Shown piece by piece: positions 40,471-54,531 of a stretch of 64,000 nucleotides of DNA (the stretch's first letter is position 1; every line of letters starts with the position of its first letter). This DNA comes from Pavona decussata (Eukaryota), in assembly GCA_977016875.1 (NCBI GenBank), contig CDRNST010000110.1:1-64000 (forward strand), written 5' to 3'. The translations under genes were made by a program, and so were the position numbers. Under the pieces are notes generated by a model, which was not told the DNA's origin, ran no database searches, and saw only the letters and a program-made list of their open reading frames with translations.

Positions 40471-42664
40471 ACTGCGGTACCGTTTATATATGTTGCATGT
40501 ATAACATTACCCACTTTCGGGGTCAAACTTGCCTGATAAATTCTAAATTAAATTAAAAGCACCGTATAGGCGCTTTCTAGTAAATATTCTACACGCGTGC
40601 TATTGGTTTCTTTTATGGTTCGGTGTCTTGGTTCACAAACACTTCTCGCAAATAAAAGCTTTCTTTGCCAATGAACGCTATTTGATCCCGGTTTCGTAGA
40701 GCCGCATACAAAGTTTGCCGCTCAATGGCATATGGAGTTACTTACCCCATTCAAAAGCTTGGCCATTAATTTAAGCAATTCTCAGACGGTTGCCCGGCAG
40801 TATTTCATTAAATGAGAAAGAAAAATCATAGTTGTCTCCTGTGCTTTCATTGAAAAGGAAATATATTTCATTAGTTTGAGATTTGAGTCATTTCGCTTTA
40901 AGAACACATTAGTTTTCCTTTATGGACTAAAAAGAATGTCTTGAATGTGGAATTATATCACTAATGCTTTTCTCAGACAAGATCATGGAAACCTTGGCTA
41001 ATATTGCTTTACCGCCAGCAAACTGAGCACTGTCAACCACCTAAATTTTGCAAGATAGTTCAATTGATTGACTATTGTTATGCCTTTGCATTCTGGCAAA
41101 TGCCATATTGTCAATGTTTTCTCTAACAACTTACTCCAGCGCCAAGTGCCAATATTTGTTAAGCAGATATTGAATGAATAATTTTCTCAAAAAGGCTATT
41201 TATATGAGCGAGTACTGAAAATATACTTCTAATATGATTTATGGTTTGGCTTAACAAACGTCGTAAAATTATCACCGATGATATTGTACTCTGTTTCTAA
41301 ATAAAGCTTTTCGAAAACGCTTGGAACACTTAAGTCAAGTGTTTTTTTCACTTACTAGCAACAACAACAAAAAAATAAAGCCCTCGCTTTCTCATTACCC
41401 TCTTTGAAACAGGAAATGATTGCGAGAAATTACAGGATGAAGCAATTTTGAACTATTATTTTTCGGGCTTTAGAAAGTTCAGCGACGTAAAAATTGCTAT
41501 ATCCGATTATTTCGATTGAGGGATATTTCGAAGTGGTTTTCGTCGGTTTCCGGTTTAAGCTATAATTTTTATTAACAACTGTCATAGATTTTCAAACAAA
41601 ATGCATATAATTTGTCCGCCGCATTAATTTGGAAAGAATCCATTTCAGTTCAAAGCGACCGAAACAGGGAAAAAGCATTTCTGCTGTCCGATCGATTTCT
41701 ATTACAACACACGTGCTTTTTGCGTAGTTTGATAATTTTCCCATTAGTTTTGCTATGGTTGTTGTGTTTGGAAAGATCAGTAGATAAATATTAAATATCG
41801 CCTTTTCTGCACACCTTTCTCTTCTCATGTGTTCTCGATTGTAACTTTGTCATAAGACACGCGACCAGGGCGTGTCTTTGTTGTGAAATAAAAATAGCAG
41901 GTTATCCTTGGTGGTTTTCTTTTCTCCTGAAACAAGCCACGCGCACAATAAAATTTTATCGCTATGTCTTAGTCGCTAATGGACTTACAATATATTTTGT
42001 CACCCTTCTAAAGAGGCGATAATTATCTGTATAGCTTAAAGATTTTGTTGAAATCTAATTCACACAAATGGAATCCTCACTTTGAAAGAATCATTTTGCT
42101 TTTAGTTTCTTAGGGAACATTTTCTAAGATTTATGATCAATTTTACCAAACGTTTTATTTGAGACGCGAAAGCTTGAAACAAAAGGACTGCTGTTAATTT
42201 GTTGGACGCTTTTACGTTAAAAAGCTTAGAGGATCTAGGGTGATTATCGTACAGGCAGATCACCGAATTTCCTTTTAATGTTGTTATCTGCGCGTTGTCT
42301 TCTTGAACAAAACATTAACTTACAGGCGGGCCTTTCTGCTTTGATTAGCACAAATATTCTTTGTTTAAGGCGATATGTTTTCGGTGCAAATAAAATATTT
42401 TGCTTTACCCTTATAAGCATCGCATCGAAATTGTTATCGCATGCCGCAAATTTAAATATAAGAGCTTTGGCACGAGGCGATTGCCAAATTTGTGACACGT
42501 GCTCGCGCGCGCGTAAATTGCTACAACACTATTGGCGAATCGGATAAAGAAAGACAATATAAAATGAATTATCATTATTTAAGTCGTTAGTGTTTTGAAA
42601 CGAATCGAGAAGAATTACTGGCTGTTCATCTCTGTTCACTGGTGTGAGCAGTTTGCCACTTGAC

Positions 42665-42817
42665 ATGTCACTAAAACAAGGTTCTCCGAGAAAGAATCGT
42701 AGCTTGGAAAACTGGAATGATTACGGAGGGAGTTTGGACAGGTTCGATCGAAATAACTGGAGACAACGCGGTTTATATGAAGATTTATCTAACGCCACTA
42801 AGTGTGGGACATCGCAA
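42665..42817 (+). CDS. Candidate alternative first coding exon of KIF26 (MSLKQGSPRK...ATKCGTSQ, 51 aa)
   Basis: ATG-initiated 153-nt open frame ending at a perfect GTAAGT donor in phase 0, which is compatible with exon 2. A CpG-rich stretch lies ~150 bp upstream. No homology evidence. Confidence 0.45.
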
Positions 42818-45800
42818 GTAAGTGCAACTGTTTGAATACACTGTGCACATGAAGTTTTGTTCACAAGAGATTCCTAAACTCCGTTTAAAAAGAAATTTAA
42901 CAGCTCTGCCTTCGTTCTCTGTTATAATTCACCTGCAATTATATAACATCAAACAAGTCAGAATAGGACAAGATTTAGAATCTTAAGCATTTGGGTCAGT
43001 AGTACAGATGTCATTTATGCAAAAAGTAAATAAAATTGAACTTGGTATTTCATGATTAGCTGGTAATTTCAGAACTCGGATAAAAGATGAACTCAAACAT
43101 AAATCGTATTAACTCGCTAAAGTGCACATTACATTTAAAACTCTTTCTTCGAATGATAATCCAGAAGTTATAGGATAATGTATAGACGAGGAGTTCTTGA
43201 TGAACGTGTGGGCTGACATGGACAAATGAAAGGTCAGTTTACTTACCTTAATAGCGGATTTGAAGGCGAGAAAAAGGATGCAACGACTAAACAACACAAA
43301 AACATTTTTAATAGCAGACAAAAATTGGCTTTGGTTGTTCAATGAAAGAAGGATTTTGCTTTGTTCAGCACTAATGACTTTAATAGAATGATTTTGGCCT
43401 TAGCTGAACTTTTAAAGTCGGCAAAAAGCTTCATTTCCTGATAAAGATTGAGTACAATAGCAGGTTTCAAATTTCCATCGTAGAAAATGTAAATTTCAAG
43501 TTATCACGAACTGCTGCTAGTGCTGGGTTTCATATTTTGGAGAAGACAAAAAGGCATATCTGCTTTTTAGAATGAAATGTTTTCTTGCCGGAGATTAGAT
43601 TTTTTCCGGTATATTTCGGTCGTTTTGGAGTTCTTAATTGTAAAGAATACAAAAAGAAAGAATGGATTAAGACGGTTGCGTGAGAAACGGAATGAAGATA
43701 CTAAAATTTTCCTGTTCTTTGAAACTTCGCAGTTATTATTTACAACGTTGAAATGTTCGGATCATTGATACCCAGTGGGGCATCATTTAATATCACGAGT
43801 TATAAAGTCACTTTTTTGGGGAAACATCAATGCTGAAATGGCCAAAAAGTGCGGGAAAATTCTTAGGTTCCCTGGGAATTTTTGTTAAGCGGAAAGGCAA
43901 TGAGTCTTAACGAGAAAATGGACATTATTTCTTTTTGCAAAGGTAAGCATTTCACCGGAATGTTTAGGACGAAAAGGTTTAAATACATGACGGTATATAG
44001 TTATTGTATATAGCCACATGTACAGACCGGTGACAATAAATCATCATATCGCACACAAAGCGCGTTGCTGGATACTGGCGCCGTATTGTCTTGCGGGGCA
44101 GCATAATAACTAATATTCTGCCTTCTGTAAATTGAAGATTGCATATTGAACATACTTAAGGCCCTTTGTGAAATGCTGTGCTAGTTATGGTGTTTGTGTC
44201 TTCTCTAGACAATGAAGGCGTCACAATTCTTCGGTGAAAGTTGGCTCTAAAGACCCCCTGTCGCTTTAGATCGAGTTTATAGATAACAATATTAAGTCAT
44301 CCATTTGATCCGAATACGAGGTCACCTGTAAAACCTAATTTGCGGTTTGTAATGTTTTTAAGTTCGAGGGCTTCCTGTTGCCTAATTTCATTTTTACCAA
44401 CACTAAATAATGATTCACCTTTCGGTATCAGCGCCTTTTGAAAACCGCAGGACACATTGTCGACGAAAATATCCTCCTGATGAACCTATGAATTCTCACA
44501 ACTAACCTTAAGGCAAAACATACGGTTTGGGGTTGAGAGAAATGAAAGTTTTGTCATAGGACAGTTCTTTCTAGCGGCCGATATCGTGATCAAAAAACCC
44601 GCAAAAAGTTGACATTTTAACCTTTTCCTCGCAGCTTTTTCCAAGTTTGGCTGGAGCAGCTTGGTTGCATGAAAGAAACCACGCTGACATAGTTAATTTT
44701 CCGTGCACTTGATAAAAGCTTTCCTGATTTTCGCTAACCGCAATTGATACAGCAAAACAAGAAGACATGTCTGGTTATTAAGGTAGCTGGTACACACCCA
44801 AAAAAGGAATTACTTCTTTTCTTTCGCAGCAGCTAAAATTGAATTGCTTAATAGCCTTGTAGCCCACGAGACTAATTGCTGTTAATTGGGAAACAGCCTT
44901 GGCGCTTTTGGCTTTCCTGTCCTTTGTTTAACTTGTAAATAGCCTCTGTTGTTTCCGTGACGTTCGTATGTGTTTTTTTGATACGCTTAAGAGCGCAATA
45001 ACTATGTCTTATGGCGTTAGTAGACCATTTCGGTTTTCTCGTACTTGGATGAAAATTAAGTAAAATTTTCGAACGTTTTCCGCTAAAAAAGTTTTAAAAA
45101 GGCACCACACTCAACATCTTTTCCTTGAGCAGACAGAACAAGATTAAGTTACAGCATTCATTTAAACCACCTTGCGACCATAATGAACAATATACTACTC
45201 CGGATAGAACTGCGGAATAGCTTTAGCGTGAATCACCCATTCTGAGCAAAGCATTTCATCCACAGACTCAAACGGAGAAGCCAACTTATTCTTCATAATG
45301 AGAGACACTACAGAAACGTTCGGATAAAAGCTTTTAGAGTAGTCGCAATTTTAGCACTTCTTCAACCGACTTTAACGGTTCGTTACGCCGTATTGAGTTT
45401 TCCTGGTTTCTAGGGAAAATTATTTGAGCCTATCAGAACTGTATTCTCGACCAAGCAGACTAAGTCAAATAAACTTAGTGAAGAATACGAAAATATTCGC
45501 TTACAGCTGATGTTTATTTAACATCAAATTCTTTAAGCTAACATAGGGGAAATGTACGGAAAAGAGTAGGGATAAAATGTGTTTATAAAGCATAAGGAAT
45601 TAACTAGGCCTTTGCGTGTTTCACCGGCTGTGCAGTTTCATGATAACAAAACCGTTAATCTCTCAATGACGCACTCTAAGCCAAATGTAGGCTTAGTTTG
45701 AATAAGTTGACACTCCGTTAATGCTCTCCAATCAATCTATTTTGTCATCTATTAGAGATCCTGACATGTTTTCTCGAAAAACCATAGAAATAGCGCCTGT

Positions 45801-48800
45801 GGGTTTTTAGGTAGGGCGTTTTCCGCATCGATATATTATTGTTGGAGTCAGTTTGTCCACTTCATAATTCGTGCGTCAGTTAATTTTTAAAGTAAGTGTT
45901 ATTTGTTTGCTGTGTGCTGTTAAAAGAATAGTGTATAACTTTTGCTTGTTGCTTTCTGCGCGTCAAAGTGTCGAAAATGAGTGAATTACGCCCCTAGCTC
46001 CTGCCAAATCAGTATAGCAGCGAACCGCAAAGAATGTTTTTGAGCGGAAAACGCCAATAGCCTGAAGCAAAGCAATTGATCTTTTAAATGGTGGGCGTAC
46101 AAAGCAGTTATCATGCCAAGTGTATAACACAATGATATCAGTTTCATCATTTATTTCATAGGAGGTCTTAATAATAATCTATATTTACTATTCAATCTGT
46201 GAAGTGAACAGGCGATACAGTGCTTGTCTCCTGGCAAACATTGTACACTCGGAACAAAGAGTTTTAATGAAAGTTGTGAACATTGTAAGCTTTCCCCGTG
46301 TATGCGTGTTGAGAGAGTGACTCGGCTGTTTGAGATAAAAGTGTTTGTGATCAAGTCAAAACATTTACTTCCCCAAGAACAGATTAGCGTTCTTTCGTTG
46401 CGTGCAACTGAAAAATGCAAATTTTATTCAAATCAATCGCTGAACGGCTAGTTTCAGAAGAGGAATGCGACTTGAAGACGTGGCTTGCTTTTCGGTTAAA
46501 AGCAAACGTTTCTGGACAAGCAACACTGAATACTAATTTACTCAATAAAATTTAATTTCAACAAAAACTACAAAATTATAAAACAGTTTGTCTCAAAAAA
46601 GTTTATTTTCGAACAAAAATTCTGATGTCGCTTCACATTTTAAACAATGGGTTTGTAACTTTCAAGTCGGTGGATGAAATCAAAGTGAAACCGTATTCAA
46701 ATAACAGCCCTTTAGCAACAAAATTACCACAGATTCCCTTCATTTTCGGTGTTACAAAAAAAGCTGTTTTTTATTACTTTTTTTTCATTAGTGCTCTTAA
46801 TAATAAAAAGGTTAATCGCCAATCGACATTTTAGTGAATTCAGATCCACTTCATATCCGGTTGATGCAAAGTTAAAATCGTTTTCCTTTCTATGAAAAGT
46901 TGTCCTTTGTTAAACTTTGAACAGTTCACTTTGCATAACAAAGGGATAATATTTATCTAATACCTTTCTAGGACTTGTTAATTATAGATTCCTTGTAACC
47001 ATGACCTCAATCCAGTGAACGCGAATTTCGAGTTTACGGAGGGGTGATTTTGAAAGCAACACGCAGGTCACAAGTTGTATTGCTTCCGTCGAACTTGAAC
47101 AAAAATTTAACAAGTTTCACCTGTAGCCGGACTGAAAATCCACATTCCAGCTGATTTTTGCATGCAATACGGTATTTCTTGATGGACGGCTGCCAGTTAA
47201 CTGTGATTCCGGAGACGTTGGTCGGTCATTCAAGCGAGGTGGAGGTTAGCTAAATTTACAATTGTGTAGAGATCCTTGAGAATACCTGTAGCTTGCCAGT
47301 GCTGCCTATTGTGTCCGTACTTGTGTGCTAAATATACATTCCTAGCTTTTAGTACTTCTCCCTTAAGAAGCAGGTAGTTTAAAGCGTTGGACCACAGTCT
47401 AAAGCCCGCCTGATTGCATAAGGTTTCCTACAATCGTTCCCTGTCTTCGGAACGATTTTCTGGTGCTCTCTAAATGTACTCACTATCCTCAATAAACCGC
47501 CTTCAGCCAAGTGACCATATTTAGCTTTCGATGAAATCCTTCGAAAAGCAATAAACTTTGGTAAAAAAAAAAAGCCTCACTTATCTTAAGATGCTTTATA
47601 CAACCGTACCCAGTATTTTAGGGATTCATACAGACTGCCTCGGTCGCACTTGCGTCTAGGTCTTATCCGGTAACGAGCATCACTCTCGCTGTGTTTCTCT
47701 CGAACTACTCGGAGGCGTAGATGGGGGGAATAGCAGTACTCTTAGTCTCCTTTTGCTACTAAAGCTCGTTTGTAGATAAGTGTATAATAAGTGTAAGCGT
47801 GGCCAGCCTATTAGAACCACCGGTTTAATATAACACTTCCGCCAAGCTTGCTCAGTGCACAGATTGCAGGATCCTTAACTTTGTTATCGAGGAAGTAAGG
47901 ACCATTTTCCGCAACGTTGCAAGGAAATTTTTACAGGTCCAAGAAACCATGCAGTGGTATTTAGCAATGGCAGCACATTGCTTTGCATTGTAGGCTAAAA
48001 CCCCGAAGCGGTCTAGTCGATTTCATCATTTATTGTAACCGTCGTGAACTCTCCTTCGGCATTAGAGTGATTTAAAATCGCTTTTACGGAAAACGGCAAA
48101 CGTGATAATTCGCGTTTATGTTTTCTTGACGATTAGTGCATATATGAGAATCTTGAGTGCAAAATAATTTTGGCCTTTGATGTTAACGCAAAACTACTCA
48201 ATTTTAATGCACTCGCAACTGTATCCACAAAGAGTAAAATAATTTACATCACAGCAGGAAACCTGCCATAAGCCCGATTTATAACCGAAAGGGAATAATC
48301 AAGGCTGAAAGTTCTTTCAGATTAGCGCTTGATTTTTTTTTTCCAAAAATATATATAGATTGAATTCTCCCAACGCCGGGGAGATTGATCTACTACTGAG
48401 CTATACATGTCGTGGACGACAAGTTTTCTGCATACTGCTACTGGATTTGAAGTCTTTGAATATGGCGGAGTGGCATATGCGCAGTGGATGAAGTGGGATG
48501 TTGTGTTTTTAGCTTGGTGAATAAATGGGAAAGATGTATTTAATTTATCAATCAGTGGCAAAGGCAAACCCACTTTGCGAGCTCGCTTTGCAAGCTTCGT
48601 CCTGACAAGGAGTTTTGGCGGATTTTTTGGGGGGGTTGATGTTTCCTTAGCATAAAGCGACTTCCCCTCTCCTCCCTAGTCATTATTACTCGGTTCCGTA
48701 CACAGATGACGTCACAAATGGCGCCCATACTAATTTATACTGATCACGTGTTCGAAGACAATAACTATGCACAGGTCAATGCGAGGCCTGAGGGAGCCCT

Positions 48801-48911
48801 CGGTTTTCCTCTTGAAGTTGCTAAGCAACACGCTTATGATTGGATAGCAAAAGTAGAGAACTTTTCTAGCACGTGCAGGAAGACTTAAAATATAGCGCTG
48901 AACGACATATT

Positions 48912-49279
48912 AGAGACTTTAAGAAACCACAACGGCAACGCCAACGAAAATGTCGCTTGAAAATATACGTTCGCGTTACTTGTACTACTTCGCGATTACT
49001 CCAATTCGTTCAACTTGCACAATGTGGCCGAACTATCCAGTAAGATAACAGGTGGAAACGGCGTTCAAGTTGAGACAGAGATTGAAAAATTTGCCGTCAT
49101 GTGCTCACGTTCTCCACAAAACCTTGAATTTGGTTATTTCACGTTGTTGTTTGGCCTAGCAAGGTGGAGAAATGTACCAACATTTATAACGCACGTGCAG
49201 GGCCTTTGTTTTTCCCATTATACCCTATTGTTTTGTGACATTCTCGTTCCCGTAGTAGCAGTAGCTTCTTAAACTCCCT
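48912..49279. mobile_element. MITE (agagactttaagaa...ttcttaaactccct)
   Basis: Imperfect TIRs. Internal sequence is shared with ~32300-32750 (cttgaatttgg..atttcacgttgttgttt). Confidence 0.75.
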
Positions 49280-52200
49280 ACTATCGAGATTTGAAAGAGT
49301 TTTCTCATAAGGCCACAGCATTCATAAACTCTTACCAGTCAATAGTATTCGAATACACGTTATGTATGGAAATTTACAGTGTTTTTACACGGGTGAATGA
49401 TTTCTTTCCAAACCGCCGTCCATTATTGTAAGTTAAGACACCGTAAATATATACAATGAACTCAGGCGCCTTGCGGAAACCTCGCTATCACTGACACACC
49501 CTTATTGCGGACAGAATTTGAAGTCTTGGCGAGCAAGAGTTACTGAAATAATAGTCAAACCACTTTATGATAGTTACACCACGTATCTACGGCGCCACGC
49601 AGCCTCTGGCAACGAGATTGGCAACAAGCGTAACGAGCAATACTAAAGCAAAAGCGCTGGTACGCATGCTCCAACGCCAAAAACAATTAAAAATGGGTGA
49701 GTCCGACTTCAAATGAAACTGGAGACCAACCGCTGGTCAAAGAGCCTAAGGACTCTACGTACGAGATTGCGGGATAGCTAGGGGAGCGAGAACACTTTTC
49801 TTATTTGCCTGAGTAGCAAGAATTTCTGTCCTAAGTGAGCACGGGAATGAACGAAGCCCTTTGAGGCTCTCGGAAAAGAAAACGACCATTACGCAGGCTA
49901 CTTTTTACAATCAAAAACCTTCAATAACTTATTTTGTTTTTCTTGTTACTACATCGCGTCAATGGTTTTTCTGGTGAATAAAACGGAAATCAAACTTTTA
50001 TACCATATACCTTGAAAGCGTTCTGTCACCACTGAATTATTCCAAAAAGTGGTCTTTGAAATGTACATTTTTTTTCTTCAAAACAGTTTCTATTTCTAAG
50101 AGACATACACGGTATCATATCCGGCCTTGACAGTCGATATTGTGTGCGAGGATGACGGAATGCACGTTCAAATAATTATATTTTAATAGGTTTGCCCTAC
50201 AAAGGCTTAGGTTAATACGGACATGGAAATTTTTTCTCTGCATCACGTAATGCTCGCCCTCTAGTTCTTAACCTTTTATCTTCTGGAAACACCAATCGAC
50301 TTAAGCTTAAGTATGCTTAAGGATATTTTCTCGGATGTTGTTAGCAAGCAAACACACTTGCAGGAGAGTATTACTTGCCACAGCCTAGAATTTTAGTCCA
50401 CAAACTAAAAAGTATGGACTGTCGGTTTTGCTTGAATAAGGGTGAGCGGAACATGTTCAGTGGCCTCGACGAAAATATTTGAGACATCGCATCAGGGTTA
50501 TTGTCTTTTCCAATTGCTCCCGTAGGCTAAAGAGTGTTTTCCCGTTATCTCCATAAACAAGATTTCGATTGCTATCTGTAGCGTGCAGTTTTGACGTATC
50601 AAAACAAAAGGTTGTGAAGGTTTGCAGTGGTTCTTAAGTGTCTGCTCATTCAAATGCCCCTCCTTACAGTCTCTTAAACAAAACCAAGAGCTCATGCATA
50701 TAACTAACGATTTAAGCATTAATCCTGTTAAACTGCTTACGTTATAAAACCACTCACTTAATGTTGTTGGTGGTCAAAACATTGTAGTTCAGTTTCAGAA
50801 ACTACAGTCTTCCGCGAGCTTATACTTTATCAGTCCAGGAGACTATAGCTATTAGCTTTCACCGCACCTGATTGATGTGAAAAAGCGCAAAGTGAAACGA
50901 TCACTGAGAAATCTACTGAAATCAGCTTCTTGTGGGAGCAAAACTTCCTTGAAGGTAAACGCAACGATTATTTTTCTGCCGCGTGACTTGTTTTGTTTGT
51001 GACTTAATATGTAAGAGCGAAAGTCCCACAGGGATTCGGAATTCTAATTTCTTTGTAGTTTTTCAATGTATATATTTGTTTTGGAAAAATGTTTAGCCGG
51101 GGATTACAGAAACCAAAGCTTAAACCGTGTTTTAACTGGTCAACACAGTCAGTTTTGTTTACATTAATCCCTGTCGAGATTAGGACTGATGCTGCGAAAA
51201 AAGATTGATCTGGACGAAAAATGTAATGGTCTGGGCTGTTTAAATCAAAGTCAATTTAGACCTTCAAACAAGAACAACCTCTCGGCCCTAAACACTTTTC
51301 ACTCAGAGTGAAGTTTCGAGTTTTGTGGTTTTTCTTAATTTTGAGGGGTCGTTAATGAAGTGCGAAATATTCAATGAAAGTTGATGTGCAATGCTTAACA
51401 CTGCTTGTTTTTCGATAGCCTTCGCTGAGACGGATTGCTTTCAATTTTGTTTCCTGTATTGAGCTCTAGAGTGCACTTGGAAATGACTAGTTCAAGAGCT
51501 TTGATGAGAATTGATCTCTTGTTTGCGAGTTTGCTACGTTGTGTACGCTCCAGTAAACACGTTGGTCGTAACACGGACGGTGATTGTTTGTTTTGACGGA
51601 AAAACGGAAGCTCAATTAGCTACCATGCATATACGTAGTACTGTAAAATTAACTATGCTTGTGGTTTTCCAACACGAAATCACGTATGCCGGAGTTCTTT
51701 ATGTACAAACAATGGCAAAGCTAGTTGATCTGATAGACAATAGCACGATTTCCTGCGGGAACAAAACTACGGCGAAATAATTATATATCGATCCTTTTTC
51801 CTCCACAAAGACGACACGAAATAAATCGGTGGATTAATTCAAATGAGCTCATACTTACAGCGCATCTTTTACTTATCGAATAAACAAATACTAAAGTAAC
51901 TTAGAAACAGGATACTGAGATACTGAAGTTTCATTTAACCGCAGCTAAAATGGACCCGACGGTATTTCTGGAAAGTTAGTTCAGTTAATGTACGAGACGC
52001 GCGAAGGTTTTAACATGTACATTTGTTTATCTAGACCTTGCACGTGCCACTCGCTTGGATGACTTTGCTATAAACACCCTCTAGGGAAATTGTTTTCATT
52101 CTCAAGCATAAAAGGAGCTTCGTTTATCTACGTCATTTATATTTATGTCTCTATGGGTAATACAATGAAATGGGGTTTGGTTATACACTCGCACAAGATT

Positions 52201-52458
52201 GTAGATCTATAATTGGAACCCAAACTGTTGAAAATCACGCGATTGCAAATGGATCGGAACAACATAGCAATACTCGCGTGTGTTACGGCAGCAAGTTTTG
52301 AAAAGGTTTGAGCTAGGTACGCCGTTAATTAATCGAAGCAGTTCGTTGACATCTTGTCCAAAGATATGATTAATTTTTGTGACATCAGTGCTCGCTTAAA
52401 ATGATTTCAGGAATAGATATTTAATGGGCCGTATAGGTTTTGCGTGCGTAAGTTCGTC

Positions 52459-52596
52459 ATGCATGTCCAAAACGATGTTATAAAGACAAACTTTTGGAAA
52501 CCTACGGTATTTTGTATTAGCGTCACTATGACAGTAGAACAGGCGATGGAGCGAACATATGTCTCTGGCAGAAAGAGAAGTGGAAGACAAAAACAG
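52459..52596 (+). CDS. Second candidate alternative first coding exon (ATG at 52459 or 52528; ...MTVEQAMERTYVSGRKRSGRQKQ)
   Basis: 138-nt open frame ending CAG|gtaaaa in phase 0, compatible with exon 2. No homology evidence. Confidence 0.3.
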
Positions 52597-54531
52597 GTAA
52601 AAAAAATTGAAATGCTAGATTGATCTTTTGATAATGACCTTCACACCTCTGCCTTGACTTTTTTAAGAGGATTTATTTTTTTTTTACTATCGGTCAAATA
52701 AAACCTGAAAGGTTAAAGACGGATTAACTGAAGATAATTTTGAATCTTGTCTTGTCATTAGTAACACTTAGAGTCTGGAAAGAAAAATAACAGAACTCCA
52801 AAATATCGACTTTTTTTTCCATAAGCGTTCTGTTCACCGTTGTGTTTTTGAAACAGACTTGCCTTTTTTCTACAAAGAATTGTAACTTAACCTTAGGGGC
52901 TGCTACAGATCAGAATAACTAGCTAGCGACCTTTTTCATTTATCGCCTCCTAGCAACTATTACAGAAGGTACAGCCCCTCCACCGCAAGGAGAACCGCAA
53001 CATTTTCTTTAACCAACAAATCTTGGGTAGCAATTTGCATTGATTATCACCTAAATAGGTCTTGTTTTGTGTCCAAGCACAAGTTTTATTTCGTTGCTGA
53101 TTTCAACGTTGCCATCAAAAGTAGAATGCTTTTTTGAAGAGCTTAAAACTTCGTCCAAATTTCGTCTCCAGGAATGTACAATACAAATCCAGTCACTAAT
53201 GATATTAATTAATCACTTGCTTTCCCCTCTCGTGATTTTTGGTATACACTTCAGTGCTTCCGGTTATTAGGAACGCTTGCTCGAGGCGAAACCAAAAAAC
53301 ACTTGTATTAGCCAACTTTTATGAATTGTCACGCGATATTTTGAACGAAAATAAACGATCAGAGCTTGAAATACTCACGCATTTGATATTGCCCCTATAC
53401 TAACAACGCATGAAAGCACGATTCCATGGTTAATTAGCGAATTCCGTGTGTATAAATGTTGCACTTCCTTACTTGGCAGTCGCTTCGCTAGCACTTATTA
53501 ATGAATAGAATATGCTTTCGAAGATAATACTTCTGTTTTGTGCTAACAATGTCGTCCTCTGATAATTGTCCACTGGTACTTGCTTGAAGTGTTGTTTATG
53601 TTCTCTGTTTAGGTTATTAGCATAAGTCTAGGGCGGTGCTTGTTAAATTGTCCGGCCTCCAGTCCACTGACTCATCAGAAATGTGATAAACAAACTCTTG
53701 TGTCTTTATGAGTCAGCTTTAGTAGGTTTTGAAATATGGGTTCTTAGCTCTTGAAAACAGCCTTGAGGCATCCTTCGTTCCTCTTGCTATTGAAACATAC
53801 AGAGGCAGGCATTGTTTCGTAGAATTGATCACGGATTTTGTGGCTTCGAAAGTTTAAAACTTAATCTTAGCAAACTTCGAGTTATGGGGCAGGTTTTTTA
53901 TGGCAATATGGTTTTTGCAAGGTTAGTATATTCTGGATACCTTGTTCAGCGGGTCAGCTTTTCATTCTTAACCCAGGATAAAAGCTAGGACTATAATTTC
54001 ATCAGGGTATAGACTTAAAAAGGATGAATAATAGGTAAAGTAAGTAGCACTTTCCTTGTGCCGTCTATTTTCGTACTCCCCGCAGCCCCTCCCCCTAAAA
54101 TAGAGAAAAATTGTCACATTAGTTTTATTAATTTCATTGTTACATAATTATATAACGCTTTTGATCCCTGTGTGCGTATTTTACTTTTTCCGTTCCCAAA
54201 ATAGAAAGTTGCCATATATTTTCTAATAGCCAAAAGCTCTGGACAGCAGAAAACACCGTGAACAAGATGGAAAAACATAGAACGACGATTTTCAATTTAA
54301 CAAAAATGTTTCGGCAGCAACTTATGCCTTCTTTAGTGTAAAATGTTACAAAGCATGCAAATTTGTCAGTTTCGTATCTCTGTAATCTGTACGGTTTTTT
54401 CTGTTATTTGTACACTTATTAGCATTAACTTGCTATTTATATTCAAAATTGCATCTTCTGTATTAAACATTTGCTCTAAAGAGGGCAGAAGTTGCTGCAG
54501 AATTGCAAATCGTCGTTTTACATCTAAATCC

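Noticed and set aside
43900-43942. Alternative KIF26 first exon ending at AAG|gtaagc
   Set aside because: Its ATG frames end in phase 1, which is incompatible with the phase-0 acceptor of exon 2.
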